A stretch of DNA of 64,000 nt, taken from the human T2T-CHM13v2.0 reference genome, Homo sapiens. Every line of letters begins with the position of its first letter. The stretch's first letter is position 1. Shown here piece after piece: positions 44,858 to 58,533 of this stretch. The notes beneath the pieces are model-generated. The model was not told the DNA's origin. It worked only from the letters and a program-made list of their open reading frames with translations, and did not search any database. The stretch lies in NCBI RefSeq assembly GCF_009914755.1, contig NC_060940.1; one strand, given 5' to 3'. Both the position numbers and the translations under genes were made by a program.

Positions 44858-45062
44858 CTGGGCTATCCAATACTTGAAGGTAGCCAGTGGACACGTGGGG
44901 CCATTTCAAGCTAAATTAAATTTTAAATAAAATTAAAGATTCAATCTCTCACTCACACATTACAAGTGCGAAACATCCGGACACATCTAGTGGCTCCCAC
45001 TGTGGGTAGCACATACAGAAAGAACGTTTCCGTGACAGTAGAGTGTCCCATTGCACAGTTTG
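44858..45062. mobile_element. MER3 (hAT-Charlie)
   Basis: gctatccaatac...gtagccagtggacacgtgg...aaattaaattttaaataaaattaaagattc...agaacgtttccgtgacagtagagtgtcccattgcacag. Confidence 0.75.
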
Positions 45063-45128
45063 GGTATGGAGCACTTAGCCCAGTGTTGGGCACAGTACCT
45101 GCTGTGATGGTTAAAGCTTAGTTTTATT

Positions 45129-45720
45129 GGCCAGGCATGGTGGCTCATGCCTGTAATCCTAGCACTTTGGGAGGATGAAGTGGGAGGAAAGTTTGAGCCT
45201 AGGAGTTTGAGACCAGCCTGGGTAACATAGTGAGACCCTCTGTCTACAAAAAACTAAAAAAATTTAGGCCATACTTAGTGGCTCACGCCTGTAATCCCAG
45301 CACTTTGGGAGGCCGAGGTGGGCGCATTGCCTGAGGTCGAGAGTTCGAGACCACCCTGGCTAACATGGTGAAACCCCATCTGTAATAAAAATGCAAAAGA
45401 TAGTTGAGCGTGGTGGCGCATGCCTGTAGTCCCAGCTACTTTGGAGGCTGAGGCAGGAGAATCACTTGAACCCGAGAGGCGGAGATTGCATTGAGCCGAG
45501 ATCATGCCACAGCCTGGGCAACAGAGCAAGACTGTCTCATAAATAAATAAATAAATAAGCTGGACGTGGTGGCATGTGCCTATGGTCCCAGCTACTTGGG
45601 AGGCTGAGGTGGGAGGATGGCTTGAGCCCAGAGGTAGAGGCTGCAGTGAGCTATGATCTTGCCACTATACATCAGTCTGGGTGACAGAGCGAGACTCTGT
45701 CTCAAAAAACCAAAACAAAG
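45129..45720 (+). mobile_element. AluJ split at its middle A-rich linker by an AluS (45267-45557)
   Basis: Left arm 45129-45266, inner Alu with (TAAA) tail, right arm 45558-45720. Confidence 0.9.
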
Positions 45721-46114
45721 GTCAATTTTTTTTCCACATTCATCTATAAAACAATAAAGGAAACATCCTAGACACTTGAATCAGAGCCCTTTTAATTATG
45801 ACTTCAAAAAACAGGGCTCGTGCCACCCAAGATTTCCTCCATATACAAAAAAAAAAAAAGGAAAAAGGGAAGAAGCAAAGGGGCAATACAGGGCTCTGCC
45901 CATTAGAATCTCTAGGGACAGACCGAGGTTTGAGAGTTCCTGCTCCTGATCTCAGGGGAATCCTGAATTACAGGTGTTAACCTGATTAGCCCCAGCCCAG
46001 CTCTTCGTTAATTACCTGAAGTGAATGGGACAGTTTCCAATACTCAGCACAAAGGCGTGCGCAGTGACTCTGTGGCGTACTATCTATTTGGCCTTGGAAA
46101 GTTACTCTCTAAGT

Positions 46115-46305
46115 CAGGGCTTCTTTTCTTCAACTTTGGTGTGAGACTCCGCTGGAGAGCTGGTTAGAAAAACACAAGTCTCGGGCCCCACCCCGCAGAG
46201 CCCCTCATTCTCTAGTTCTGGGTTGGGGCCCAGGAGTCTGCTTTTCTAGCAAGCGCCCAGATGTCACTGATGCTTACAGCTCTCAGACCACAGTTGGAGC
46301 AGTGA
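46115..46305 (-). mobile_element. MER5A
   Basis: gggccccaccccgcagagc...ggggcccaggagtctgcttttctagcaag...ctgatgc...cagaccacagttggag. Confidence 0.75.
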
Positions 46306-46732
46306 TTTTTAAAAGTCTTTTCATTTGTAAAGAGTTGTTCTCCATGCTCCAAATGACTGTGACGACTGAGAAAATGCATGTATGTAAAGTCTGCAGCTGG
46401 TGACATTGTAGACACTCAGCAAATGGCCTTTGGTGTTACTGTTATTTTATTTTTACTAATTATTTTTTACACCTACAAATCAGGATCTGCTACAATCGCT
46501 TGATATTTGAAAATTGGGCCTAACCCACTATGCCACTCTTCTGTCATGAAATAACAATCTTCTATTTAAACTAGTAAACTTAGTAGTTTAAAGTACTTGG
46601 TAGTTTAATAGTTTAAGTAGAGCCACTGAAAGATGGCTCACACCTTTCAGCTCAGTTTTTTTGTACCAGTGAGGATGAATGTTTCTGCATGTGGGTAGTT
46701 GGCACCAGTCTTCAATGAATTATTTTTCCTTT

Positions 46733-47035
46733 AGCCGGGTCTGGTGGTGGCGTGTACCTGTAATCCCAGCTACACAGAAGGCTGAGGCAGGAGGATAACA
46801 CGAGCCCAGGAGTTGGAGGCTGCAACGACTTACGATCATGCCATGGCACTCCAGCCTGGGTGATAGAGCGAGACCCTGTCTCTGAAGATACAAGAAGGCC
46901 ACATGTGGTGGTTCACCCCTGTAATCCCAGCAGTCTGTGAGACTGAGGCAGAAGGATTGCTTGAGAAGTTTGAGATTGGCCTGGGCAATATAGCAAGATC
47001 CCAACCCTATTAAAAAATTAAAAATGAAAATAAAA
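46733..47035 (+). mobile_element. Alu right monomer (46733-46895) followed by FLAM (46897-47035)
   Basis: Right-arm gaggctgcaacg...gagaccctgtctc, then left-arm ggcc...ctgtaatcccagca...gggcaatatagcaaga. Confidence 0.85.
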
Positions 47036-47484
47036 TTTTAAAGAAAGGTATTTCTCCCCTTCACGGTAATTTGGAGCCAGTACTTCTTGCACCATTCATT
47101 TGTCCACAGCATGGGACAAAGGATAATGCCTTAATGCCTGCTGCAAATAGAACAGTGGTGCTTAGCAGCTTTAGATAATGCATTGTAGGTGTTTTGCAAA
47201 AACATACTTTCGTGACTAAACATCATAAGCTCCAAGTGAGTGATTTCCCCGCGTAAATGAATGATTCTGTGAGGATAACACTTCTAAGATGTGAGATTTC
47301 AATAAATGAATCTGTAGGCTGCTGTGATGGATACCTTTGGTGGGGTAGGAAGGATCGTCATTTAGAACCTGGGTTCTGACTCCAGATGACTTGTTTTGTT
47401 CTATCCCAGAAATATTCCTAAAATCGATTTCCAGTTTCCAAAAGAGCAGGTAAGGAAAACACTGAGTGTTACTTGGTCTTTAAA

Positions 47485-48003
<519 letters not shown>

Positions 48004-49464
48004 CTTGTTTTCAATACCATTGATAAGTTGTGGTCTTCAGGGACTTGTGGGCATTTTCAAGTTAAATATCCAACAGTCGTGATTTAGGGCATGAAGAGCT
48101 CACTCATCAAGATGTATGTAATTCAGATTTTCTGAGTGTTTAATTCGGCGTCTTTGGTCACAAGGAACAGAGTTTTACTTGTGCCACCTCTTCTAAGAAA
48201 AAGGTTTACTGTAAGAGATAATGTTGGCAAGCTGAGGAAAGGAGGCAGTTTTGGGTAACTGTCTCTTGCGATCCCCTCCTGCACAACTGTGGCGTTCTCT
48301 TTTTCTGACTAGCTGATTCTGCTGCTGCTGGATTTATTCATTCTTCTCCCTCACAATTTTGGCTCGCACATGCTTCCTTTTTAGCTCATGGCCGTGCAAT
48401 TCAACTCAACCTCATGGCATCTTTTTATCAGCTGTCCCTGCTGCAACAGGCTTAGAGTTGGTTTCCCAATTCCCTAGCGCAGAAATCCACTGGCATGAGT
48501 CATCTTTCCCATTGGTAGATTGCAGAGCAAACTTCTGGACAGATTTGCCCTTGGCTCATGTATGATTGGACCTGCGGTCTGTCCAGGTGTACTCAGAGTG
48601 GGGAAGGGGAGCGGTGGCAGGTAATACAAAACCCACCTAAGTAGAAGGACCTATGAACCATGAGGGTTTTCCTTAGCAGGGAGTGCCAGTGGGTAGGGAT
48701 GACTGGTTTTGCAGTTTAGGGCCAAGTGAGTTGGAATGACAGCTGTGGCGTGTTGAGTCAGATCAAGTCCAGAATTCCTCTCCACCCCACCCATTTGCAG
48801 TTCCCTCAGATTTATTACGGGACCTGGATGTGATGCAAGCATGCCCGCTGGCTCAGGCTGTGCCTCACAGCTGCAACATCCCTGGGGTGGAGAAGCCATG
48901 TGGGACCTCACAGAACACTCCACCGTCCCTGCTAATGGCTGAGAAAGGACTCTGCCCTCATGGATGGGGTTGGGGGACCTGTTATCTTCTTCCAGGTTAA
49001 TCTTGGTTTCAGCTGCTTTAAACTCTACTTTTTAGTGGGACGCATCATACTGAACTATGGAAGCACCATAGTTGTCACCTAGTTGAGCTTCTCTTTGTTC
49101 CCATATGTTTCAGTGAAGCAGTTATAGCTTCAGAAAAGAGGGAGCCAGGAAATACACTTGTAATTCATCACTCCTTTTATAGTCAGAGCATAGGAACACT
49201 CATAGTATGTATCAGAAACTAGTGAACACATGTTGTTTTACAGCTCTGTCTGCAAAATTGCATCGTGGGCCTCTTTGGGGAGTGTTCTCAATGTGATTTT
49301 TATTCTGGGGTGTCCTTTGGCCACAATCCTCAGGATTATTTTTTCTCTGTGCTGTTCACTGTAACATCGTCCACCCTCTGAGATCTTGCTTTTCAGTCTA
49401 CTGGTATCTCCACTTCTCTCTGCAGCGTGATGTCTAGTCAGAGTTTCCATTCTGTTTTTATGAC

Positions 49465-49670
49465 CCTGGGAGGACTGGGAGAGATCTGTGAGGTCATCTT
49501 GTCCACCCTCAGCCAGGGCAGGAGTATTCCCTAATGGTAGAGTCAAGTGTTTGGTTTGGTCTTGTTTCTAATGACTCAAGTGATGAGGCCTGGGGACGTC
49601 CCCTGGGAAGCTATTCTGCAGCCTAATAACTTTCATTCTGTGATTTTTTTTTGTATGTGTCTAATATTCA
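49465..49670 (-). mobile_element. L3/CR1 fragment
   Basis: gaggtcatcttgtccaccc...agtgatgaggcctggggacgtcccctgggaagctattctgcagcctaataact. Confidence 0.55.
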
Positions 49671-50169
49671 GAGTCTGACACAATAAGGCCATAAAGAGCT
49701 AAGTCTGTCTATGGTAGATCTTCACCTGGGAATGTTCTCCTAATAGTCACTTTTGTTATAAATCTTCACCTAGCATGGGAGTTAAGTGCATTTTAAAACT
49801 AGACCTGGGGACTATGTGTCCTAAAATGCAAAAATAGCCCCCAAAATGAAAATTAATGTTGAGAATCTAGTCAATCTGCCAGCAGTACGTACATAACTGT
49901 TCTGTGTATATTTCACATGGCCATATATGTTTTGCTTGTGTGGTGCTAAACGCAAAGGCAGAGAAGCTTCTGCTATTGAATGCTTAGCACAGAACTCCTG
50001 TCCTCCCTCTTTGAAATTATTCCGACAGTTGCCCCTCATTTGGCTTGCCAAGGAGTAAGATCTTGGCTTGTGTGTTTCTCCCATGTGTGGTGTATCTGTA
50101 ATCTCGGTCACTGTTGAGAGCCTGGTGGGAGGCTGATTATTGTTGAGGGAAAGATCTGAGAGCAGGGCC

Positions 50170-50360
50170 AAGAAAGGGAAAGAGAGAGAGAGGAAAAAAA
50201 ACAAAAAAGAAAAAGAAAAAAGAGAGGTGGGTAGGGAGGGAGGAGAGACATGGACCCACGGGGAATGGGAAGAGAAATAGAAATAGGGAATTTGAAATGG
50301 AAATAAAACAAAAGGGCAGGAAAGGAAGAAATAAAGAGAATGAGATAAAAGGAAAAGAAA
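50170..50360. repeat. GA-rich low-complexity tract
   Basis: aagaaagggaaagagagagagaggaaaaaaaacaaaaaagaaaaagaaaaaagagagg... Confidence 0.8.
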
Positions 50361-50467
50361 GTGCAAGTAGATTTGGGATCTATAGATTGGGGAAAGACAT
50401 TCATACAGTCAGGACCAGATGTTCACTGGAAGTTTTTTCCTTCTGGATCCTTCTTTGGCTATAGGAA

Positions 50468-50974
50468 TCTGGTTCTCAAAGTGTGGCTCCCAGGCCAGCA
50501 ACACCAGCATCGCTCAGAAATCTGTTAGAAGGCCAGGCGCGGTGGCTCAGGCCTGTAATCCCAGGACTTTGGGAGGCCGAGGCGGGCGGATCACGAGGTC
50601 AGGAGATCCAGACCATCCTGGCTAAGTCGGTGAAACCCCGCCTCTACTAAAAATACAAAAAATTAGCCAGGCGTGGTGGCGGGCGCCTGTAGTCCCAGCT
50701 AGTCGGGAGGCCGAGGCAGGAGAATGGTGTCAACCCGGGAGGTGGAGTTTGCAGTTAGCAGAGATGGTGCCACTGTACTCCAGCCTGGGGGACAGAGCGA
50801 GACTCCCTGTCAAAAAAAAAAAAAGAAATCTGTTAGAAATGCATATTTTCTGTTTTCACCCCAGAAATCCTGAATAAGAAACACTAAAGGGGAGTGGGCC
50901 CAGCTATTTGTGTTTTTGGAAGAACTCCTGTTTTAATTTGTTTTTTCGGAAGTCCTCCAGTTTGAGAACCAATG
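50468..50974 (+). mobile_element. MER5A interrupted by AluY
   Basis: tggttctcaaagtgtggc...tgttagaa | atgcatattttc...cagtttgagaaccaatg. Confidence 0.85.
50531..50823 (+). mobile_element. AluY
   Basis: ggcgggcggatcacgaggtcaggagatccagaccatcctggct; many CpGs intact; perfect 15-bp TSD agaaatctgttagaa. Confidence 0.97.
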
Positions 50975-51599
50975 ATAAGGACATTTTTCCGGGAATCCAG
51001 TTGTTTTAGGAAAGGCCCAGTAGGCATTTATGTTTATAAGCAACTCCACCCTGCACTCCATATGCCTTCTGTAGCTATCTAACAGAGACAGAGTTGACTT
51101 GCAGAAACTGTTTTCTCTGGCCAGGAGACAGGCTTCGTTTTCGAAACTCACCCAGGAAGGCAGTGTTCTTCTTTTCAAAAGGCATTTTTCTGTTGACTGT
51201 GCATGAAGCCACATAGTAATAAACAGTTTCCATATCCAAGCAGCTAAGGCTTGTGCCTTGCAAGTTAAGTGGAACATCACGATCTATATCTCAGTTTTCC
51301 TTATGTTTCCCCAGTTGGCACATCATGGCCAACAAGAGAGTAGGGATCATTAAGGAGTTTATTTTCATCTTTATTTTATCATTTAAAACACATTTTTTTT
51401 TCCAATGAGAGTACTGATGACATAAAAGGTTATACATTGAATAACCACCCAAATTAGCAGTGTTTCATATTTACACTGTTCAACACAGTTCTCTTGTCTC
51501 TGTTCATGATATAACAGTAAATCCAAGTTGCTTTAAGTAGATATTGGAAATATGAACCCAATATGTTCTTAACATCTCCATGTCGTAATTCTAATTTAA

Positions 51600-52400
51600 A
51601 ATCAAAATCTCATCAAATTACATTTTAGATTAAAGGATTGTACCTATCGAAAGAAGAGAATCGAAAATGCGAAAGTCCTTCATTTTCAGTGTGGCCTGAG
51701 ATTGTTGAAGGATTTGTTCTATTGCATGCTGATAAATATTTATCACGGTTAAGTGAACAATCATTTGGAGACAGACACCATTTTATGATGCAGCTTCTCA
51801 GGGCGTCCTAATTGTGACTCTGCCTTGCCATTCTATGTTTTATCGGAATACGCAGACATATACTTTATGAGGTTGGGTAATGAAGAGAGAGAGACCCCAA
51901 TAAACATATTTTCTAAGAGTAATGGTTATCTATAGCTCAGGAACCCTTGGTTAGCACAGCCTCTATTACACAGTACTAGGCAAGCAGTTCATAGCTCAAT
52001 TAGATCTAACTTGCTTCATTTTTAGGCATTATGTTATTCTAAATTAACACTGTATTTCATATTCTCCAGGTCTGACTATTAACCAGATTTTGGAACCTTT
52101 AGGGCTTATTATTTAGTAATCCCTGAAGCTCTCAAGTAGGCGTTTTTAAATTCATGCATTAGAACAGATTAAAAATTAGCTAGAAACGCATGTTAAATGG
52201 CCCACCCCCTTTCTTTTGCTAATTGTGCTAGAAATGAAAAAGAAAATGCAAGTGAGGTCAGATCTAGTGTGGTACAAATGAACTTGCTACTTGGTTTGCT
52301 GCCAATTGCTGCCGAAACAGGAGTTATTTAAATTAGTAAATAATTTTTGAAATCTTCTTAGAATGTCACAGGCCACAATTCAAATTCACAGACCAGGAAT
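51600..52400. promoter_or_regulatory. Putative conserved non-coding element containing a 16-bp palindrome
   Basis: Repeat-free AT-rich block; tgataaatatttatca 51730-51745; several TAAT/ATTA cores. Confidence 0.35.
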
Positions 52401-52902
52401 GGTTATTATTCTATATATCTTAAAGTTTTCTGCAATAGAAATGCATTTCAAATATAAGCTAGAAAAAAAAAATGTGAGGCCTTATTGTGTAGATAAAAGT
52501 GACAAGATGTCCAAATGTTTTGAAACGCAGTGATTTATTTAAGTTGTAGAAAGCTTGGTTTTATTTCTTGTTGCATCGTCTTTATCCTTAGATCTTAATC
52601 AGAAATAGGAAAATTTTCTGAGAGAAAATTCACGAGATCATTCATGATGAGTCACTATATCAGTTACTTTAAAAAAAAAAAAAAAGATCCTGACAAATCC
52701 TACTTTTTCAGGTCCTGATGCACTAACTCTCATTCACTTCTTTCTATTTTTCCTCTCTCTATTGCATATTAACCCACCATATTGAGAGAACAGAAACTTT
52801 TGCCTTCATTATATCACCTTTACACCCCAGGACAGGTGCCCTCCTCAGCGGAGAGAACTGTCCCCCTCCATCCTGCAGGAGTTTTGCAGCCATCCTTCCA
52901 GC

Positions 52903-53530
52903 CACTGCTTCTCTACCGGGGCAAATTTTCCCCCAAGGGATAATTGATAATGTCTGAGGCATTTTTAATTGTCACAACTTGGGGAAGGGGCAAGGGATTG
53001 AGGGAGAGTGCTCCTGGCATCTGGTGGGTAGGGGTTAGTGATAGGGTTTGGCTGTGTCCCCACCCAAATCTCATCTTGAGTTGTAGTTCTCATAATCCCC
53101 ACGTGTCATGGGAGGGACCCAGTGGGAGGTGATTGAATCATGTGTGCAGTTACTCCCATGATGTTTTCATGGTAGGGAGTGAGTTCTCACAAGATTTGAT
53201 GGTTTTATACGATGCTTTTCCTCCTTTGCTTGGCACCTCTCCTTCCTGCTGCCGTTTGAAGAAAGACATGTTTGCTTTCCCTTCCACCATGATTGTAAGT
53301 TTCCTGAGACCTCCACAGCCATGCCAAATTGTGAGTCAGTTAAATCTCTTTGCTGTATAAATTACCCAGGCTTGCAGGTGTCTTTATTAGTGGCATGAGA
53401 ACAGACTAATACAGTCAGGGATGCTGCAGAACATCTCCAAACACACAGGACTCCCACCCTCTACTTCCACCCCACCAACAAGGAATCATTCAGCCCAAAA
53501 TGACAGTAGTGACCTTGTTGAGAAATGCTG
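52903..53530 (+). mobile_element. MER20 interrupted by THE1 LTR
   Basis: ccggggcaaattttcccccaaggg...ggcatctggtgggtagggg | gggatgctgcagaacatc...gttgagaaatgctg. Confidence 0.85.
53039..53413 (+). mobile_element. THE1 (C/D-like) MaLR solo LTR
   Basis: tgatagggtttggctgtgtccccacccaaatctcatcttg...gagaacagactaataca; TSD gttag/gtcag. Confidence 0.92.
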
Positions 53531-53724
53531 TTCAAGCCATACATCACCATTGGAAGGTTGCCAAACTGTGCTTTGCACACACATGCTGTCTGCACGCCTT
53601 GTATTTTTCTCTTTGCTTAGTCTTGCTCATGCTCTCTAAACACCCCAGACATCATATCTCTTTAAGAAACTCTGGCTGAGTCCCATAATGTTCTGGGGCA
53701 ACTTCTGTCTTCCCTTTTCCCTCT

Positions 53725-54477
<753 letters not shown>

Positions 54478-54569
54478 AACCCAGCCTCCACACTGCCAAC
54501 TTTTTGAGGACCATGTGTTGTGTAGGGCCGGATATAGTGCACATGGTGAACACATAAATAATGTTTGTT

Positions 54570-54875
54570 GGCCAGGCGTGGTGGCTCATGCCTGTAACCC
54601 CAGCACTCTGGAAGGCTGAGTCAGAAGGATTGCTTGAGCTGAATTGTTCAAGACCGCCCTGGGCAGCACAGTGAGACCCCGTATCTACAAAAAATAAACA
54701 AACTTAGCCAGGTGCGGAGGCATTCACCTGTATTCCTAGCTACTCAGGAAGCTGAGATGGGAGGATTGCTTGGGCCCTGGACGTCAAGGCTGCAGTGGGC
54801 CATGATCGTGACACTGTACTGCAGCCTGGGCGACAGAATGAGACCCTGTGTGAAAATTAAAAAAAGAAGAAGAAA
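54570..54875 (+). mobile_element. AluJ (in the tail of an L2 fragment)
   Basis: Dimer; TSD aatgtttgttg / aatgtttattg. Confidence 0.9.
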
Positions 54876-55715
54876 TGTTTATTGAATGAAGACATGAAAG
54901 CATTTGGTGGAAATAGGGCACACACATGAATATATTCACAGTTGCAAACTCAGAAGGATACTCCCAACCTGGTTCTTTGTCTTGTCCCTCCATCTGGGTG
55001 CTTTCCAGTCACAGCCTGGATGCATGTATGAATAAACTTCTACCATTAAGTCCCTGAATTATTTAAGCACTGCCAGTGATTCTATATAAACCGTTCAGTA
55101 AAATGAATTGCATATGCGTATGTTTCAAGAGCTCCAGCAGCCTACCCAGGATGGCTTGATGTTGTCTCTTAGCACCGTATCAATACCTGGGGGTTTTCAA
55201 GTATTGCAGGTGGCCGAAGCCTTTGTGTTGAGGTTTCTGTAGTGTTTATCCATTTGTGAAACCAGGCCTCAATCTATATGTCCAACCCCATTCGTAGACC
55301 CCCTTTGATAATCTCCACTAAGCAGACATACTCGATACATCTTCACTAATGAGTTCTGACTTCATAAAATGTATTAATGACTTCTTTTTGAAAGTAAGAG
55401 TGCTTTGAATACCAGTCATTATTGCTTTAGAAGTTCATAAAAGCAAAAGCACAGTATTTCCCCCAGTGTTTGTGCGATAAGAGAATAGATGTAGGTCCAG
55501 CGCCTAGAATTTTAGCTATGCTTCTCTTGTTTGTGATTCCAGGTTTCAGACTGCCTGGTAGAAGGAGGTCACTTCTGATTGTCAGTGACTTTGGTGAGTT
55601 CTTACCTTGTAAAAGATTTACAATTATTTCATTTTCAACATAGCTTTATCTTATGACAAAGGTGACAGAAAGGAAATCTCCTAAGTTGGCCTACAGGGTG
55701 CTTTAGAAAACATCT

Positions 55716-56455
<740 letters not shown>

Positions 56456-57879
56456 GTGAGGAAATCCATGTGTTAGGAAGGGAGTGTGGTTGTACTTCAA
56501 CCTGGAACTGTCTAACTCCTAAGGTTTTATTAATATCTAGTCCATTTCTCTCAATCTAATAGTAAATGGAAGAGAAGCAACAACTTTTGTTTTCCAATTC
56601 CTTTTGAACATTTGAAAGGTTTTCTGAAAGGACTTAAAGAAACCATAGCTTCCTTACCAGTTCCCAAAGCTTCAGTCCTTACCAAAGTGTACATTGCCTT
56701 TAAGGAGATTTGTTTCCATCAATCCCTCCCATTTACAAGGAATTACAGAAGAGTGATGCCCCCTTCAAAGTGGCTCACACCTGGCTGACATCTGTTCATT
56801 AAGAATGCCTGCCTTTGGGTTCTAAGACGTCCAAGGAGCTCTTATGGGTAACACCTGTAGATTTATAGACGTTCCTCTCTGACTGTAAGGGCCATATGCC
56901 TGAATCTCTCACCCCCATGTTTATAAAACTTAACAATTGTGGAAGCAATGAATTGAAGGACTAGGGTCACCAGTGGAGTCCCATAAATAGGTTGTTTATG
57001 ATCCCTGTGAAACAAGAAGACCCTCTTAATTTCATGCTTCTTAAACTGGGGTATGAGTGGCCCCAGGTTTCCCTGTTGGGGGTACTGATACCAGAGTTCA
57101 TTTGAAGTCATTGGAAACCAAGGCATATTTTCTTAAAGAGACAACTGTTTTTGGTGAATAGGCCATGTTGTTTATAGTAAAAACAAACATGAATATTCTG
57201 TAATAGAAGATATCGTTTGCATGGTGTTTTAAAGCTAAAACTTGAGTTATTAAACACCCTTCTCTCCCTGGGGATGCCTTTTGCTATGGGGTTGCATCCA
57301 CGGAAGAGTTTGAAAGCCCAACCATATGGACATCATATTATTCATTTTTATTTGCCATCCAGAGCTTGCCAGCAACCTTTTAGATCTCTTTCCTTGGAAG
57401 GTTCAGCAAGATGCTTGTAAATGTATGTTGCTTTGTTGCAGACAATGTATATTTAAAAAGCAATTATTTGCCCATCTCTTGTTCAACTCAGATATTGACT
57501 GCCTTTCTGTATTTCTGGCTGGGCATTGTTTATCTCCACCTCATGGTTTTTACTATGGTTCTAGAGGTCTAGCCTACAAAGAGAATGCTTCCCGTCCCCA
57601 CCACTACCCACAGGACCCTCTGCATATCTCAGAGGAATTTCTCAGTGTTCCAGTTAATTTTCTCTCTGTTTCCTTTATTACTTCTAAGTTCCATTGCAAA
57701 AATATGCTGCCTGCTCTGTCAGCCACCCTATATGCCTATTTAGTCCCAGTTTTCCAGCTTCTATTTTTTTCCACATAATCCCTAACCATGATAATACAAA
57801 TATAATAGAAATAATTATGTTTGTTTAAAATATACACAGAACCAAATAGTCATAGAGTAGTATTTCAGGTGGGGGGCCC

Positions 57880-58090
57880 TCCTCTAGGGCAGTGGAGACA
57901 ATGTCACCTGTCGGGAACATTTGGCAATGTCTGGAGACATTGTTGGTTGTGGTGCGGTGACATAACTATTGGCATCGAGTGGATGGAGGGCAGGTGTGCT
58001 ACTAATCGCCCTCTATTGCACAGGGTGGCCCTTACCACAGAGAACTATGCAGCTCTAAACATGCGCAGCCCCAAGGCTGAGAATTGTTGA
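57880..58090 (+). mobile_element. MER20
   Basis: gggaacatttggcaatgtctggagacattgttggttgt...aaggctgagaa. Confidence 0.85.
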
Positions 58091-58251
58091 TCTAGGGGAA
58101 GATGTGATTTCATTCTTCATGCTTGTAAATTATTATTTAAGCTGTGAATACCCTCTCTTTTCCCACTGAAGTTGTGGTTGTAAGATTCTCAGAGTTGAGC
58201 AGACTCGGCAACATTACAGAAAAAAAATCAAGATGTAAAAAGGATTTAGAC

Positions 58252-58533
58252 GTCTGGACGTGGTGGCTCATACCTGTAATCCCAGCACTTTAGGAGGCCG
58301 AGGCAGGTGGATCGGTTGAGGTCAGAGTTCAAGACCAGCCTGGCCAACATGGTGAAACCCTGTTTCTACTAAAAATATAAAAATTACCTAGGCGTGGTAG
58401 TGTGTGCATATAATCCCAGCTACTCTGTAGGCTGAGGCAGGAGGCAGAGGTTGCGGTGAGCTGAGATCGCACTACTTCATTCCAGCCTGGGCAACAGAGA
58501 GAAACTGTGTCTCAAAAAATAAAATAAAATAAA
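58252..58533 (+). mobile_element. AluS with a ~20-bp deletion in the right arm
   Basis: gaggcaggag|gcagaggttgc; TSD aaaaggatttaga / aaatggatttaga. Confidence 0.93.

Noticed and set aside
46565-46620. AT-rich imperfect repeats and 9-bp inverted repeat (tttaaacta...tagtttaaa)
   Set aside because: Low-complexity slippage product; too short to be significant
49821-50366. Longest ORF (181 aa, hydrophobic F/L/S-rich)
   Set aside because: It is the antisense of the GA-rich low-complexity tract, which lacks stops for compositional reasons
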